DNA from: an uncultured Bifidobacteriaceae bacterium
Lineage (GTDB): Bacteria; Verrucomicrobiota; Verrucomicrobiia; Limisphaerales; UBA11358
Assembly: GCA_964555775.1 (NCBI GenBank)
Contig: CAZKTW010000001.1
Span: forward strand, 1-57,772
Length of the DNA stretch: 57,772 bases
Reading direction: 5' to 3'
A program made the position numbers and the translations under genes. Numbering within the stretch: position 1 is the stretch's first letter; every line of letters starts with the position of its first letter. The notes under the pieces were generated by a model. It had not been told where the DNA came from. It ran no database searches and worked only from the letters and a program-made list of their open reading frames with translations. Shown here in pieces: positions 9,128-17,914 of this stretch.

Positions 9128-12100
9128 GTTGGTTCCGTCCGCCGGGCCGCGAGAAAATGCAGCCAGCGGGCACTGACCGGCCGCGCATAGATTTTTTCCA
9201 GCGCCTGCGCGTAGAGCTTCAATTGCGGCGTGTAGGCTTTGATCTTGCCCGGCAAGACGCCCGGGCGGATTTCGTCGGTCTTGAAATCCACCAGCCAGAT
9301 TTCCTTTGGCAACAACACCATCAGGTCCGCCACGCCCTGCACGACCACAAATTCGTTTTCCAATCCTGGCGCGGATTTTACGCCTGTAATGGCTTCCAGT
9401 TCGGCCGGGCTGAAACGCGCGGTGAAGGCCAGTTCCCGCCGGACATTGGTGGCCAGGCCGCGGATTTTCTGGCCGGTCGCCGATCCCCAGAAGGCCGCGA
9501 TGTCCTCGAGGTTCAAAGCCGCGGTTTCATTTGCCGACAAGACATTTTCCCGCTCCAAGCGATTGGCTTCCGCGGCGAGGGTTTCGGAGCTGCCGGTCTT
9601 TTCCAGGGCGACGAATTGCAGAAATTTGTGGTGGGCCCGCCCGGCGTCCGCGGCGGAAAGTCCGGGGCGTGGTTTCCGCCGCGCCGCCGGCACAAAATCA
9701 GAAGCCGGAAAAAGGCGCTCCGCTTCATCATCCCCTTCATCCGCCGCCCGGCGCCGCAGCGCGGTGACGGATGACTTGGCCGTCCGTGTTGTCGCCGCGC
9801 CAAATGGATATTTCCACGCCAGAGTTTCGTGGAGTTTGCGGCCGGTTTTGTAGTCCAGCGGCGGTAATTCCTTTTGCACCCGGTGGTCCACGGGTTCGTC
9901 CGCCAGTTCCGCCTCATCCACGAGGCGCCAGCGCAGATGCGGCAGTTCACCTTCGGTCGCGCTTTGGATTTTGGACTTTGGACTTTGGACCTGAGTCTGC
10001 GCGAACCACAACCCCAGCCAGTCGGCATAACTTTTCGACGCGATGATGGATCGGGTGGAAATGGCCGCCGGTCCGTTCCAAAGTGATTCCCATTTTGATT
10101 CCGAAACGGCTGCGGTCAAAATCAACGTGTCGCGAGCGCGGGTGAGCGCAACGTACAGCAGTCGCAGTTCTTCGCCCCATTGTTCGCGGCGTTGATGCTG
10201 TTGCGCGAGCCAGTGCGGCAGGCTCGGATACCGCCGGCCGGTGTGCGGCGGCTTGATCCGAGGACACAAGCCAAAGGTTTCGTCAAAAATGATTTCACCG
10301 CGCACGTCTTGCGTGTTGAAGGGCTTCGCCAGGTCGGTCACCGCCACAATGGGAAATTCCAGGCCCTTGCTTTGGTGAATGCTCATGAGTCGCACGGCGT
10401 TTTCATCCGCCACCGCCGCGACGTCCGGTTCCACCCCGGCTTCGCGTTGGGCCTCGATAAATTTCAGAAACCGGAACAGCCCCTGCCGTTGGAACTGGTC
10501 GAACTTTTGCGCGAGCCCCAAAAATCGTCCGACATTGGCCTGCCGCTGGGCGCCGCGCGGACGCGTCAGCAGCCAGTCGGCGTAGTGCGTTTCCACCAGC
10601 ACGCTTTCCAGGCATTGCGACAGCGAAACCTGGCGGGCCAACTGCCGCCAATGGGCAAATCGTTTCAGAAATCTGGCAATTTTTTGAACCGTCTCAACCA
10701 CCATCCCGCATTCCGCCCGCTGAGTTCGATTCAGTGCCGTCCAAAAGTGGCCGCTGGCGGCCAGCCGCACCTGCGCCAGTTCATCAAGGGACAAACCAAC
10801 GAGCGGGGAACGCAGGACAGCGATAGCCGGCACGTCCTGCAATGGATTGTCCAGCAGTTGCAACAGGCTGAGCAAATCCATGATTTCGCTGCCGTCGTAA
10901 AACCGGCCGCGCTCGACAACCAGCGGCACCCCGGCGCGCTCAAATTCCTTCGCGTAAATTTCCGCCTTGCCCGACGGCGCCCGCAGCAAAACCGCCATGT
11001 CGCGCCATTCGACGGGGCGGAACTTCTTTTCCGCCGCATCCCAGACCTCATGTTTTCCGGATTCCAACTGTTTCAGTCGCTGGGCGAGCGATCGCGCCTC
11101 CCGCTCCGTCTCCGGCAAGTCCGCCGGATCATCCGCGCTGGCGGCATCGCCGGGTTCGGCGTCGGAGCGGCCCTTTTTGAATCGCAAAATCAATTCCGCG
11201 CGTGGGGCGGCGTCCTGGGCTACCCCCAGCTCCGCGCGTTGCCGGGCGGCGCCGAATTGCAGCCGGGCCTCGACACCGTAGCGCACGCCGCCAATTTCTT
11301 CGCGCATGAGCGGCTCAAAGACGGAATTGACAAAGTTGAGCAGGGCCTCGCGACTGCGGAAATTTTCGGCGAGCGAAATCGTTTGCCCGTTTTTCCCGCG
11401 CCAGTTTTGGGCGTAATCGCGGAAAATTTTCGGATCGGCCAGCCGGAAACGGTAGATGCTCTGCTTCACGTCGCCGACGAGGAACCGGTTGCTGCCGGGT
11501 TCGTTTTGCGCCTTATCCCCCCCTCCTCCCCGAAGGAGGAGAGGGACGGGGTGAGGAGGCAGATTGTTCGCGAGTTCAAAACCCCTCTCCCCAACCCTCT
11601 CCCCGCTTTGGCGGGGAGAGGGAGAAGAACTGTCGCGCGAAAGTGCGGTAATGATTTTGTCCTGCGCAGCGTTGATGTCCTGGTATTCGTCCACAAAAAC
11701 GAACCGGATTTTCTGGCGCCAGCGTCCGGCAATGGGCGTGGGTAGGTCCGCGCCTGAATCCCAGAGCAGCTGCAACGCAAATTGTTCCAGATCGTGAAAA
11801 TCCAGGACGCCGTCATCGCGCTTGCGCGCGGCATACCGGGCGGAAAAATTCTTCGTCAATTGCAGCAATGCGTCCATGTGACCGCGCAGCCAGCCCCAAT
11901 CCTCGGCCAATGGATCGCGGCCATTTTCAAGGGCGGCGAGCGAATGCAGGAATGCCGCATCGGCGAAAATCGTTTCGAGCGGCTTGCGAAACAGGGTTTT
12001 GCGTCTTGCCGGCCAGTTGCCATCGGCGGAAAGGATTTGCCCCAGAATTTCGGCTGCGTCGGTGCGTGAATAGTTTTCCGGCAAACGCCGGAGAAGGCCC

Positions 12101-12864
12101 GCCAACTCAACGGCTTTCTCGTTTGCTGACGGAGGGCCGGAGGCCGGAGACCCGAGTTCTTCCAGCTGCGCCAGCCATTCATCACGCCAGTCGCGGATGG
12201 CATCGAGCAGCCATTGGCGCCATTCGTCCGGCTCGGAGGCCGTGAATTTTTCCATCTGGCGCGTCAGCCAGCCGTCGGCATCGGGCCGGGTTTGGGCGTA
12301 ATGGTGCAGGCGCAACACAAGCTGTCGGATCGTCTGGTCGCGGCCGTTGCCGTAAATCCGGATCAAATTTCGGACCGCGTCCGCCAGCCGGTTTTGTCCG
12401 GCGTAATGGTCCTGCAATTCCTCCCCGAGCGTTTCGTCGGCGAGCAGGCGGGCCTCGCCTTCGTCGAGCACGGCCAGTTGCGGGTCGAGGCCGAGTTCGT
12501 GGAAGTGTTCGCGCACCAGCTGGAGGCAAAAGCTGTGGAGGGTGCCGATATGCGCGGTATCAAAAAGCGCGAGTTGCTCCGCCCAGCGCGGGACCTCCGG
12601 TTCGACACGAAATTTTTCCTCCAGTTGTTCGCGGAGTCGCCGGCGCATTTCGGCGGCCGCGGCCTCGGTGAAGGTGACGATGAGAATTTCCCCCAGCGAA
12701 GCCTGCGGCTGTTCCGAGCAGAGGCAGTGCAGGCAGCGTTCAACGAGCGTATGCGTTTTGCCTGTGCCGGCGCCAGCCATGACCAGCACGTTGCCGCGCG
12801 CGGTGACGGCCTGCCGTTGCGTCGGCGTCAGGTGGTCTCCGGTTTCAGCGCGCGGCGGTTTCAT
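9124..12864 (-). CDS. UvrD/AddA-type ATP-dependent helicase with C-terminal PD-(D/E)xK nuclease domain
   Basis: Walker A (AGAGTGKT), motif II (VDEYQD), motif III (VGDVKQSIYRFR), a C-terminal nuclease motif (GVADLMVL...WLVDFKTD...YTPQLKLY). I take the ATG at 12864 (MKPPRAETGD) as the start. The longer track ORF, reaching 13227, would run through the repeat-filled intergenic region and overlap radC. Confidence 0.85.
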   Translation of the reverse strand: MKPPRAETGDHLTPTQRQAVTARGNVLVMAGAGTGKTHTLVERCLHCLCSEQPQASLGEILIVTFTEAAAAEMRRRLREQLEEKFRVEPEVPRWAEQLALFDTAHIGTLHSFCLQLVREHFHELGLDPQLAVLDEGEARLLADETLGEELQDHYAGQNRLADAVRNLIRIYGNGRDQTIRQLVLRLHHYAQTRPDADGWLTRQMEKFTASEPDEWRQWLLDAIRDWRDEWLAQLEELGSPASGPPSANEKAVELAGLLRRLPENYSRTDAAEILGQILSADGNWPARRKTLFRKPLETIFADAAFLHSLAALENGRDPLAEDWGWLRGHMDALLQLTKNFSARYAARKRDDGVLDFHDLEQFALQLLWDSGADLPTPIAGRWRQKIRFVFVDEYQDINAAQDKIITALSRDSSSPSPRQSGERVGERGFELANNLPPHPVPLLLRGGGGDKAQNEPGSNRFLVGDVKQSIYRFRLADPKIFRDYAQNWRGKNGQTISLAENFRSREALLNFVNSVFEPLMREEIGGVRYGVEARLQFGAARQRAELGVAQDAAPRAELILRFKKGRSDAEPGDAASADDPADLPETEREARSLAQRLKQLESGKHEVWDAAEKKFRPVEWRDMAVLLRAPSGKAEIYAKEFERAGVPLVVERGRFYDGSEIMDLLSLLQLLDNPLQDVPAIAVLRSPLVGLSLDELAQVRLAASGHFWTALNRTQRAECGMVVETVQKIARFLKRFAHWRQLARQVSLSQCLESVLVETHYADWLLTRPRGAQRQANVGRFLGLAQKFDQFQRQGLFRFLKFIEAQREAGVEPDVAAVADENAVRLMSIHQSKGLEFPIVAVTDLAKPFNTQDVRGEIIFDETFGLCPRIKPPHTGRRYPSLPHWLAQQHQRREQWGEELRLLYVALTRARDTLILTAAVSESKWESLWNGPAAISTRSIIASKSYADWLGLWFAQTQVQSPKSKIQSATEGELPHLRWRLVDEAELADEPVDHRVQKELPPLDYKTGRKLHETLAWKYPFGAATTRTAKSSVTALRRRAADEGDDEAERLFPASDFVPAARRKPRPGLSAADAGRAHHKFLQFVALEKTGSSETLAAEANRLERENVLSANETAALNLEDIAAFWGSATGQKIRGLATNVRRELAFTARFSPAELEAITGVKSAPGLENEFVVVQGVADLMVLLPKEIWLVDFKTDEIRPGVLPGKIKAYTPQLKLYAQALEKIYARPVSARWLHFLAARRTEPT
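9962..9989. repeat. Four tandem heptamers (ctttgga ttttgga ctttgga ctttgga) inside the helicase CDS
   Basis: Read directly. On the minus strand the tract encodes QSPKSKIQS. Confidence 0.85.
11511..11632. repeat. GC-rich palindromic element (same family as 3978-4115) inside the helicase CDS
   Basis: ggaggagagggacggggtgaggagg (11535-11559) resembles 4090-4115. A perfect 12-bp stem joins ccctctccccgc (11595-11606) and gcggggagaggg (11611-11622) across the loop tttg. Confidence 0.8.
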
Positions 12865-12949
12865 GCTGTGCCGCAGGCTAACACGGACGCGGGACCGCCG
12901 GCAATTTGCGATACGCGATTTACGAATCCATCCACGATGCCTGTAATCC

Positions 12950-12977
12950 GCGTAAATCGTATATCGCAAATCGAAAA
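12950..12977. repeat. 28-nt motif gcgtaaatcgtatatcgcaaatcgaaaa in the helicase/radC divergent intergenic region
   Basis: 25/28 identical to 13881-13908. It is embedded in other cgatttacg / cgatttgc-type short repeats at 12901-12990. Confidence 0.8.
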
Positions 12978-13048
12978 TAGCGATTTGCCTGACGCTCATT
13001 TGAAATTTATTTCGTGATTTTGAAATGCAGGCAGGATAAATGTAGCTC

Positions 13049-13759
13049 ATGACCTCCAGCCTGCGGCTCAAAGACCAACCCGCCAGTGAACGTCCACGCG
13101 AGCGATTGGCCGAACTTGGCCCGGACGCCTTGAGCCATGCCGAATTGATTGGGATTCTGCTGCGCACCGGCTTGAAAGGGGCAAATGCGGTCGAAGTCGG
13201 CGGCCAGTTGCTGAACAAATTCGGCACCCTTCAGGCGCTGGCGCGGACGTCGGTGGATGATCTGCGGAGCGTCAAAGGGATCGGGCGTGACAAGGCCGTG
13301 ACGCTGGTGGCGGCATTTGCGCTGGCGCGCAAGATGGCCGCGGATTTGCAGCGCGAATCGCCCGTGCTCGAAACGCCGGAGGCCATCGTGAATCTGCTGC
13401 GCGAGGACAATCGCGTCCGGCAGGTGGAAACGTTCCAGGTAATTTTGTTGAACACGCGGCGACGGCTCATTCGCATCGAACCGATTTCGCAGGGCACGCT
13501 CGACACGATCCTGGTGCATCCGCGAGAGGTGTTCCGGCCCGCCATTGCCGCCGGCGCCGCGGCGATCATCCTCGCGCACAACCATCCGAGCGGGGATCCA
13601 ACGCCGAGCGAGGCCGACATCAAGGTGACGCGCGATTTGATCCGGGCTGGCCAGCTGTTGAAGATTGAGGTGCTCGACCATGTCATCCTGGGTCGCGCGA
13701 CGCAGGAGCGCCCGAAGGACTACACGTCCCTGCGCGAGTTGGGATATTTCTATTCTTAA
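13049..13759 (+). CDS. radC: RadC-family JAB/MPN domain protein (UPF0758)
   Basis: N-terminal helix-hairpin-helix region (LSHAELIGILLRTG...DLRSVKGIG) and a JAMM motif (HNHPSGDPTPSEADIKVT). 236 aa. Confidence 0.88.
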   Translation: MTSSLRLKDQPASERPRERLAELGPDALSHAELIGILLRTGLKGANAVEVGGQLLNKFGTLQALARTSVDDLRSVKGIGRDKAVTLVAAFALARKMAADLQRESPVLETPEAIVNLLREDNRVRQVETFQVILLNTRRRLIRIEPISQGTLDTILVHPREVFRPAIAAGAAAIILAHNHPSGDPTPSEADIKVTRDLIRAGQLLKIEVLDHVILGRATQERPKDYTSLRELGYFYS

Positions 13760-13766
13760 GATTCTA

Positions 13767-13821
13767 GCAGCCGACGCCCGCCGGGTCGCAGCACTTGGTG
13801 CGAAGACTGGTGAGGAGGCTC
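13767..13821. repeat. Variant copy of the gcagccgacgtgaggaggctc repeat, split by about 34 nt
   Basis: gcagccgacg ... tgaggaggctc; compare the copies at 17785-17805 and 42581-42604. Confidence 0.6.
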
Positions 13822-13880
13822 TGATACATTTACGATATTGGATTTACGATTGACGGGTCTTGCTACTATCCGGGCATATT

Positions 13881-13908
13881 GCGTAAATCATATATCGAGA
13901 ATCGAAAA
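13881..13908. repeat. 28-nt motif gcgtaaatcatatatcgagaatcgaaaa, ending 2 nt before the antitoxin start codon
   Basis: 25/28 identical to 12950-12977. Confidence 0.8.
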
Positions 13909-13910
13909 CC

Positions 13911-14207
13911 ATGCGTCTGAAAAATTATAAGGATGACCTGCTCAGGCGGCTGGAGAACCCGCATTACGCCGCCGCCTATCTCGCTCAGGTGCTGGTGGAA
14001 AAGGACAGCGCCGCGTTTCTGATTGCGCTCAAGGACGTGGTGGAAGCTGGTGGCGGCATGGGCCATCTGGCCGGGTGTGTGGATCTCAAACGGCCGAGCC
14101 TTTACAAGATTCTTTCCAAAAAAGGCAATCCTACGCTGGCCACATTGCAGGAAGTTTTGAAACCCTTGGGCCTGCGCGTCTCCGTCGCCTTGGACAAGGC
14201 AGTATGA
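13911..14207 (+). CDS. Addiction-module antidote protein, HigA-like HTH (no toxin gene adjacent)
   Basis: 98 aa. NPHYAAAYLAQVLVEKDSAAFLIALKDVVEAGGGMGHLAG...RPSLYKILSKKGNPTLATLQEVLKPLGLRVSV matches the classic antidote-family pattern. Confidence 0.85.
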   Translation: MRLKNYKDDLLRRLENPHYAAAYLAQVLVEKDSAAFLIALKDVVEAGGGMGHLAGCVDLKRPSLYKILSKKGNPTLATLQEVLKPLGLRVSVALDKAV

Positions 14208-15743
14208 ATGCCCGGTTGCGCTTCGGTGGCGCTTATTTACGAGGCATTATACAAATTTGCATTCGGTGGTGTCTATCAGATGGCGGTTTCGTGTCGCGGA
14301 TTTCGCGCCGGCAAAATGAATGTAGATGCAGATTCCCTGAGGACGGATGATCTTTCCGGCTCATTCGGCATGATGCCCGGGATGCTGCGGAGTGAGCCAT
14401 TCTTTCAACGAACCGACTGGTTGAGTTTTGTCGCAACGACATTGGTGGCGTTGCCGGTTTATCTTTTCACGCTCACCCCATCTGTGGGGTTGGATAATTC
14501 CGGAGTTTGGTCCACTGCGGCTGCGTATGGCGGTGTGTCGTCTCCACCGGGATATCCGCTTTGGACTTTATGGACATGGGGATTCACCAAATTGCTGCCG
14601 TTTTCGAACATTGCTTGGCGAGTGGCCGTTTCCTCGGCCGTGGCGGGCGCCCTAGCGAGTGGCCTGATTGCCTTGATGGTATCGCGGGGTGGCACAACCA
14701 TTTTGGACCAGATGCCCGACAAGCAGAGATTGAAGCCAAAGGAAGAGAAATGGCTCCGCGCGATTTGCGGCTATGCGGCGGGAATGGTTTTTGGATTGAA
14801 TGGCACTTTCTGGCCGGAAGTGGTCGTTGTGGCCGTTTGGCCATTAAGCATTTTATTGCTATGCGTTGTGCTTTGTCTGCTTATGCGATGGGGTCTCCAG
14901 CCCGAATGCAGACGATATCTTTATGCTGCGGCCCTGGTTTTCGGATTGTTACTGACGAACAGCCAGATTGAATTCGCTTTAGCGCCAGCCATCCCGTTCC
15001 TGGTTGCGACCGGAAACCCAAGAATTGGCCGGGATATGTTCCTGACGGCGGGAATTATGTTTTTGATCGGGCTGGCCGGAATCTGGACGGGTTATTCTCT
15101 ATCGCTTAGAGGCGGAGGCGGACAATTTTTTATTTTCATATTTCTGGGTGTAATCACGTGTTTGGTGGGCCTTGGGCTGATGGCGCGAACCCGAGGAGCC
15201 TTCTCGGAGTGGAAGACTATTCTGATTTGCAGCGGCTGTTTTTTGCTCGGACTGTCACTTTATTTCTATCTGCCGATTGCCTCGATGACAAATCCGCCGA
15301 TAAACTGGGCATATCCACGTACAGTGGAAGGCTTTTTTCATACGGTTACCCGTGGTCAGTACGAGAAAGCAATTCCAACTTCCAACCTGTGGCCGTTTCT
15401 TGAACAGATTCGGTGGTATTTTGCAACGGCGGGCAAGGAATTTGGCTGGCCATATCTGCTGTTGTGCCTGATTCCATTTTGTTTCTTACACCGGGTCGCC
15501 GCATCTTTATGCCGGTGGATATTGGGATTGCTGGCCGCTTACGTCAGCGTGGCCTTTCTGATGCTGGCCATCTTGAATCCGAGCCCTGACAGGCAGACTT
15601 GGGAACTCAGCAAGACGTACTTTTCGGCATCGTACGTGGTATTGGCCCTCTGGATGGGCTATGGCTTGGTTATTCTGGGTGCCCGGTTGACACGAACGGG
15701 GAAGCAACCACAGGAGTTCATTTCCCCATCTGACCTCAGGTGA
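14208..15743 (+). CDS. DUF2723 (TMEM260-like glycosyltransferase fold) polytopic membrane protein
   Basis: LDNSGVWSTAAAYGGVSSPPGYPLWTLW...IAWRVAVSSAV resembles the DUF2723 signature, and there are many transmembrane helices. The start is uncertain: the ATG at 14208 directly abuts the antitoxin TGA, but internal Met codons are also possible. Confidence 0.65.
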   Translation: MPGCASVALIYEALYKFAFGGVYQMAVSCRGFRAGKMNVDADSLRTDDLSGSFGMMPGMLRSEPFFQRTDWLSFVATTLVALPVYLFTLTPSVGLDNSGVWSTAAAYGGVSSPPGYPLWTLWTWGFTKLLPFSNIAWRVAVSSAVAGALASGLIALMVSRGGTTILDQMPDKQRLKPKEEKWLRAICGYAAGMVFGLNGTFWPEVVVVAVWPLSILLLCVVLCLLMRWGLQPECRRYLYAAALVFGLLLTNSQIEFALAPAIPFLVATGNPRIGRDMFLTAGIMFLIGLAGIWTGYSLSLRGGGGQFFIFIFLGVITCLVGLGLMARTRGAFSEWKTILICSGCFLLGLSLYFYLPIASMTNPPINWAYPRTVEGFFHTVTRGQYEKAIPTSNLWPFLEQIRWYFATAGKEFGWPYLLLCLIPFCFLHRVAASLCRWILGLLAAYVSVAFLMLAILNPSPDRQTWELSKTYFSASYVVLALWMGYGLVILGARLTRTGKQPQEFISPSDLR

Positions 15744-15868
15744 CGCCGGGTCCGTTTAAAAAGAATTGCGTCGCCGTGTCTTTGCCTGAGAATGGGGCCA
15801 TGTATCCTGCGCTTCGGGATTGTGGTCTTCGATCAAAGCCATCCACGAAAGAAACAGCTGTCCGGCGG

Positions 15869-16876
15869 ATGACCCAAACCCTTTTCCTGCTGGCGATCTT
15901 GCTTGGTGAAATCCATTCGCCGGCCCAGACCAATGCGTCGTTTCAGATCGAAGGCACCCTCACCTGGCCGGACGATGGCTGTACGCAGGCGGTCGTCGTG
16001 CTGTGCGACCGGCCATCCGGTGAACCTCTTTGCCGGCAAACCGCCCAGCCGTTCACTTTGGCCATCGGTACGACCAATGAAAATTTTATCATGGACTGGC
16101 TGCAGGCTGTTCCGGATTCCGCCGGCCGTTTCCAGTTCACCAACCTTCCGGCGGGGAATTACATCGTCGTGGCGGAAGGGTGGAAAGGCCGGTTGCAGCC
16201 GATCGATATCCAGGAGTTCAGCTGGGAAACCATCCACCTGCTCGGGCGCGCGGAAGTCACCGTGCCGTCGGATTCCGCCCGGCATTTAAAACTCACTGCG
16301 CCCGGGACCAACCGCATTCAATTTCAACAGCAACAGGATGGCAGTTGGTTGTTGTTGGGAACACGTCCGCAGCGCGGCGACCCCGTCCTGGCCTGGCTCG
16401 GTTGGGGAACCAACTTCATCAGTCACATTATCGGCTTTAACGTGATGCCCCGCGGCCTGACCACCGTTCACGGGCTGCCGGACGAGGCCTACGCTTCCAT
16501 TTTCGTGAATGACGACAGCCCGGGATTCGGTTCCACGCGACTCCCTTTGGGCGACTCCAAGCCGATCAAAATGCCCATTGTGGCCAATTGGTCGGACGGA
16601 TACAAAATCCCGCCGACCAATCTGGTCTGGCTCGTTGAATTGCTTGAGACGAACCGGTTCAAAATCGACGCGCTGCTGGGAATTGCTTCAAAACCCAGGT
16701 CGGATAAATTTAACTCTTCGGCGGAGCGTTTCGCAGAAACGGAGCGCGAAAGATTCCGGCTGGTTCAGCCAATTTGGGAAAAGGAAATCGTTTTGCCCAC
16801 CGGGCAGAAGACCCGCGTGGTGGATTTGCTGACGGCCCTGGGCTACGCCCGGTTGAACGGCAAATCGAAAAATTGA
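15869..16876 (+). CDS. Secreted hypothetical protein with a carboxypeptidase-regulatory-like beta-sandwich segment
   Basis: I chose the ATG at 15869 because MTQTLFLLAILLGEIHSPAQT looks like a signal peptide. The segment GRFQFTNLPAGNYIVVAEG is CarboxypepD_reg-like. Confidence 0.5.
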   Translation: MTQTLFLLAILLGEIHSPAQTNASFQIEGTLTWPDDGCTQAVVVLCDRPSGEPLCRQTAQPFTLAIGTTNENFIMDWLQAVPDSAGRFQFTNLPAGNYIVVAEGWKGRLQPIDIQEFSWETIHLLGRAEVTVPSDSARHLKLTAPGTNRIQFQQQQDGSWLLLGTRPQRGDPVLAWLGWGTNFISHIIGFNVMPRGLTTVHGLPDEAYASIFVNDDSPGFGSTRLPLGDSKPIKMPIVANWSDGYKIPPTNLVWLVELLETNRFKIDALLGIASKPRSDKFNSSAERFAETERERFRLVQPIWEKEIVLPTGQKTRVVDLLTALGYARLNGKSKN

Positions 16877-16954
16877 TTCCGCCCATTTGACACACCTTCG
16901 CCCGCTGCCATAAAACCTTGCGTTTGCAAGCCGGCCGGCTTACCTGATGCCGAC

Positions 16955-17659
16955 GTGGAAGCAACGGCCAACCAGGAAGGCGAGAACCAGCGCCGGATCA
17001 ATTATTGGCGACTGTGGATCTTCGATGCCGTGCTGGTGAGCGCCGGTGTGCTTTTTTTTCTGGCCACCCAATACGGCACCTACGAATTCTTCGGAAGGGC
17101 CTGCGCGATGGCCTTGCTGCCGTTCATCCCGATCATGGTGCTGGTCGGGGGAGCCGGCAGCACTGCATTTGCCCTGACCAAGGTCCTGATTGAGAAAAGA
17201 TCCTTGAATTATTTCACCTCGCTCGCGTTGCTGATTGGTCCGGCATTGGTTTCGACGTTGCTACTCGTGCTGTTGGGCGCAGGCAAATCGCCCGGTCACC
17301 GGCTGGCTTACATTTGTCTTGGGAACGCGCCCGCGTCGGCCAGCCAGGTCCAGGTTGCCGGCTATTCCACCTTTCTTCACGAAGAATGGCTGGCCGCGTT
17401 CAACGTAGACCGGGACGGTTTCCAGAAACTGGTCGTCCGGGCAAAACTGGAGCCGGTGCCGGATTACGACTTCCGGGCGACGCTGGGGCATTCCATGCTC
17501 AAGGAGATCAGTGCGTCGCAAAGAATTCTGCGCTCCGACCAGCTCATTTGCTTCCGGCGGGTTTTCAATGAACACGAAGAACACGAGCGTGGACATGTTT
17601 ATGCGGCGTTTGATCCGGCCACCGCAACGGCGGTTGTTTTTCGGGAATACCACGATTGA
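16955..17659 (+). CDS. Hypothetical membrane protein
   Basis: GTG start, three to four hydrophobic helices followed by a soluble C-terminal domain. I recognise no family. Confidence 0.35.
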   Translation: MEATANQEGENQRRINYWRLWIFDAVLVSAGVLFFLATQYGTYEFFGRACAMALLPFIPIMVLVGGAGSTAFALTKVLIEKRSLNYFTSLALLIGPALVSTLLLVLLGAGKSPGHRLAYICLGNAPASASQVQVAGYSTFLHEEWLAAFNVDRDGFQKLVVRAKLEPVPDYDFRATLGHSMLKEISASQRILRSDQLICFRRVFNEHEEHERGHVYAAFDPATATAVVFREYHD

Positions 17660-17784
17660 TTTTGGCGGTGAACCCTGCTGCCTTTGTGTGCGCCCACACA
17701 CGCGGGAAAAAGATTTCTGGACGAGCAACGGCAAATAAAGCGCCATAGGAACGACATCTTCCCTATCAGCCCATTAAAGAAGTG

Positions 17785-17855
17785 GCAGCCGACGTGAGGA
17801 GGCTCTAAACCAATGATTGTTGCCAAAGCAATTTGAGGCTCGCTACCTCGGCTGC
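17785..17855. repeat. Bipartite dispersed repeat (gcagccgacgtgaggaggctc ... gaggctcgctacctcggctgc)
   Basis: The two halves are imperfect inverted copies. The element translates to the EPPHVGC motif on the minus strand. Related copies lie at 42581-42650 and 13767-13821. Confidence 0.7.
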
Positions 17856-17914
17856 TACTAAAAGACGGTGTTTCTTTACGGACTGCCATGCTGCTCCTGA
17901 CGGGGCTGGGATAA

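Noticed and set aside
10180-11745. 521-aa plus-strand ORF inside the helicase gene
   Set aside because: It has no motifs and is Arg/Pro/Gly-rich. The minus strand carries ordered helicase motifs I-III and the nuclease motif.
12865-13227. 121-codon N-terminal extension of the helicase ORF given in the track
   Set aside because: It runs through the repeat-filled intergenic region and overlaps radC on the other strand. The translation (…IFDLRYTIYADYRHRG…) is repeat-derived, and a good ATG precedes Walker A at 12864.
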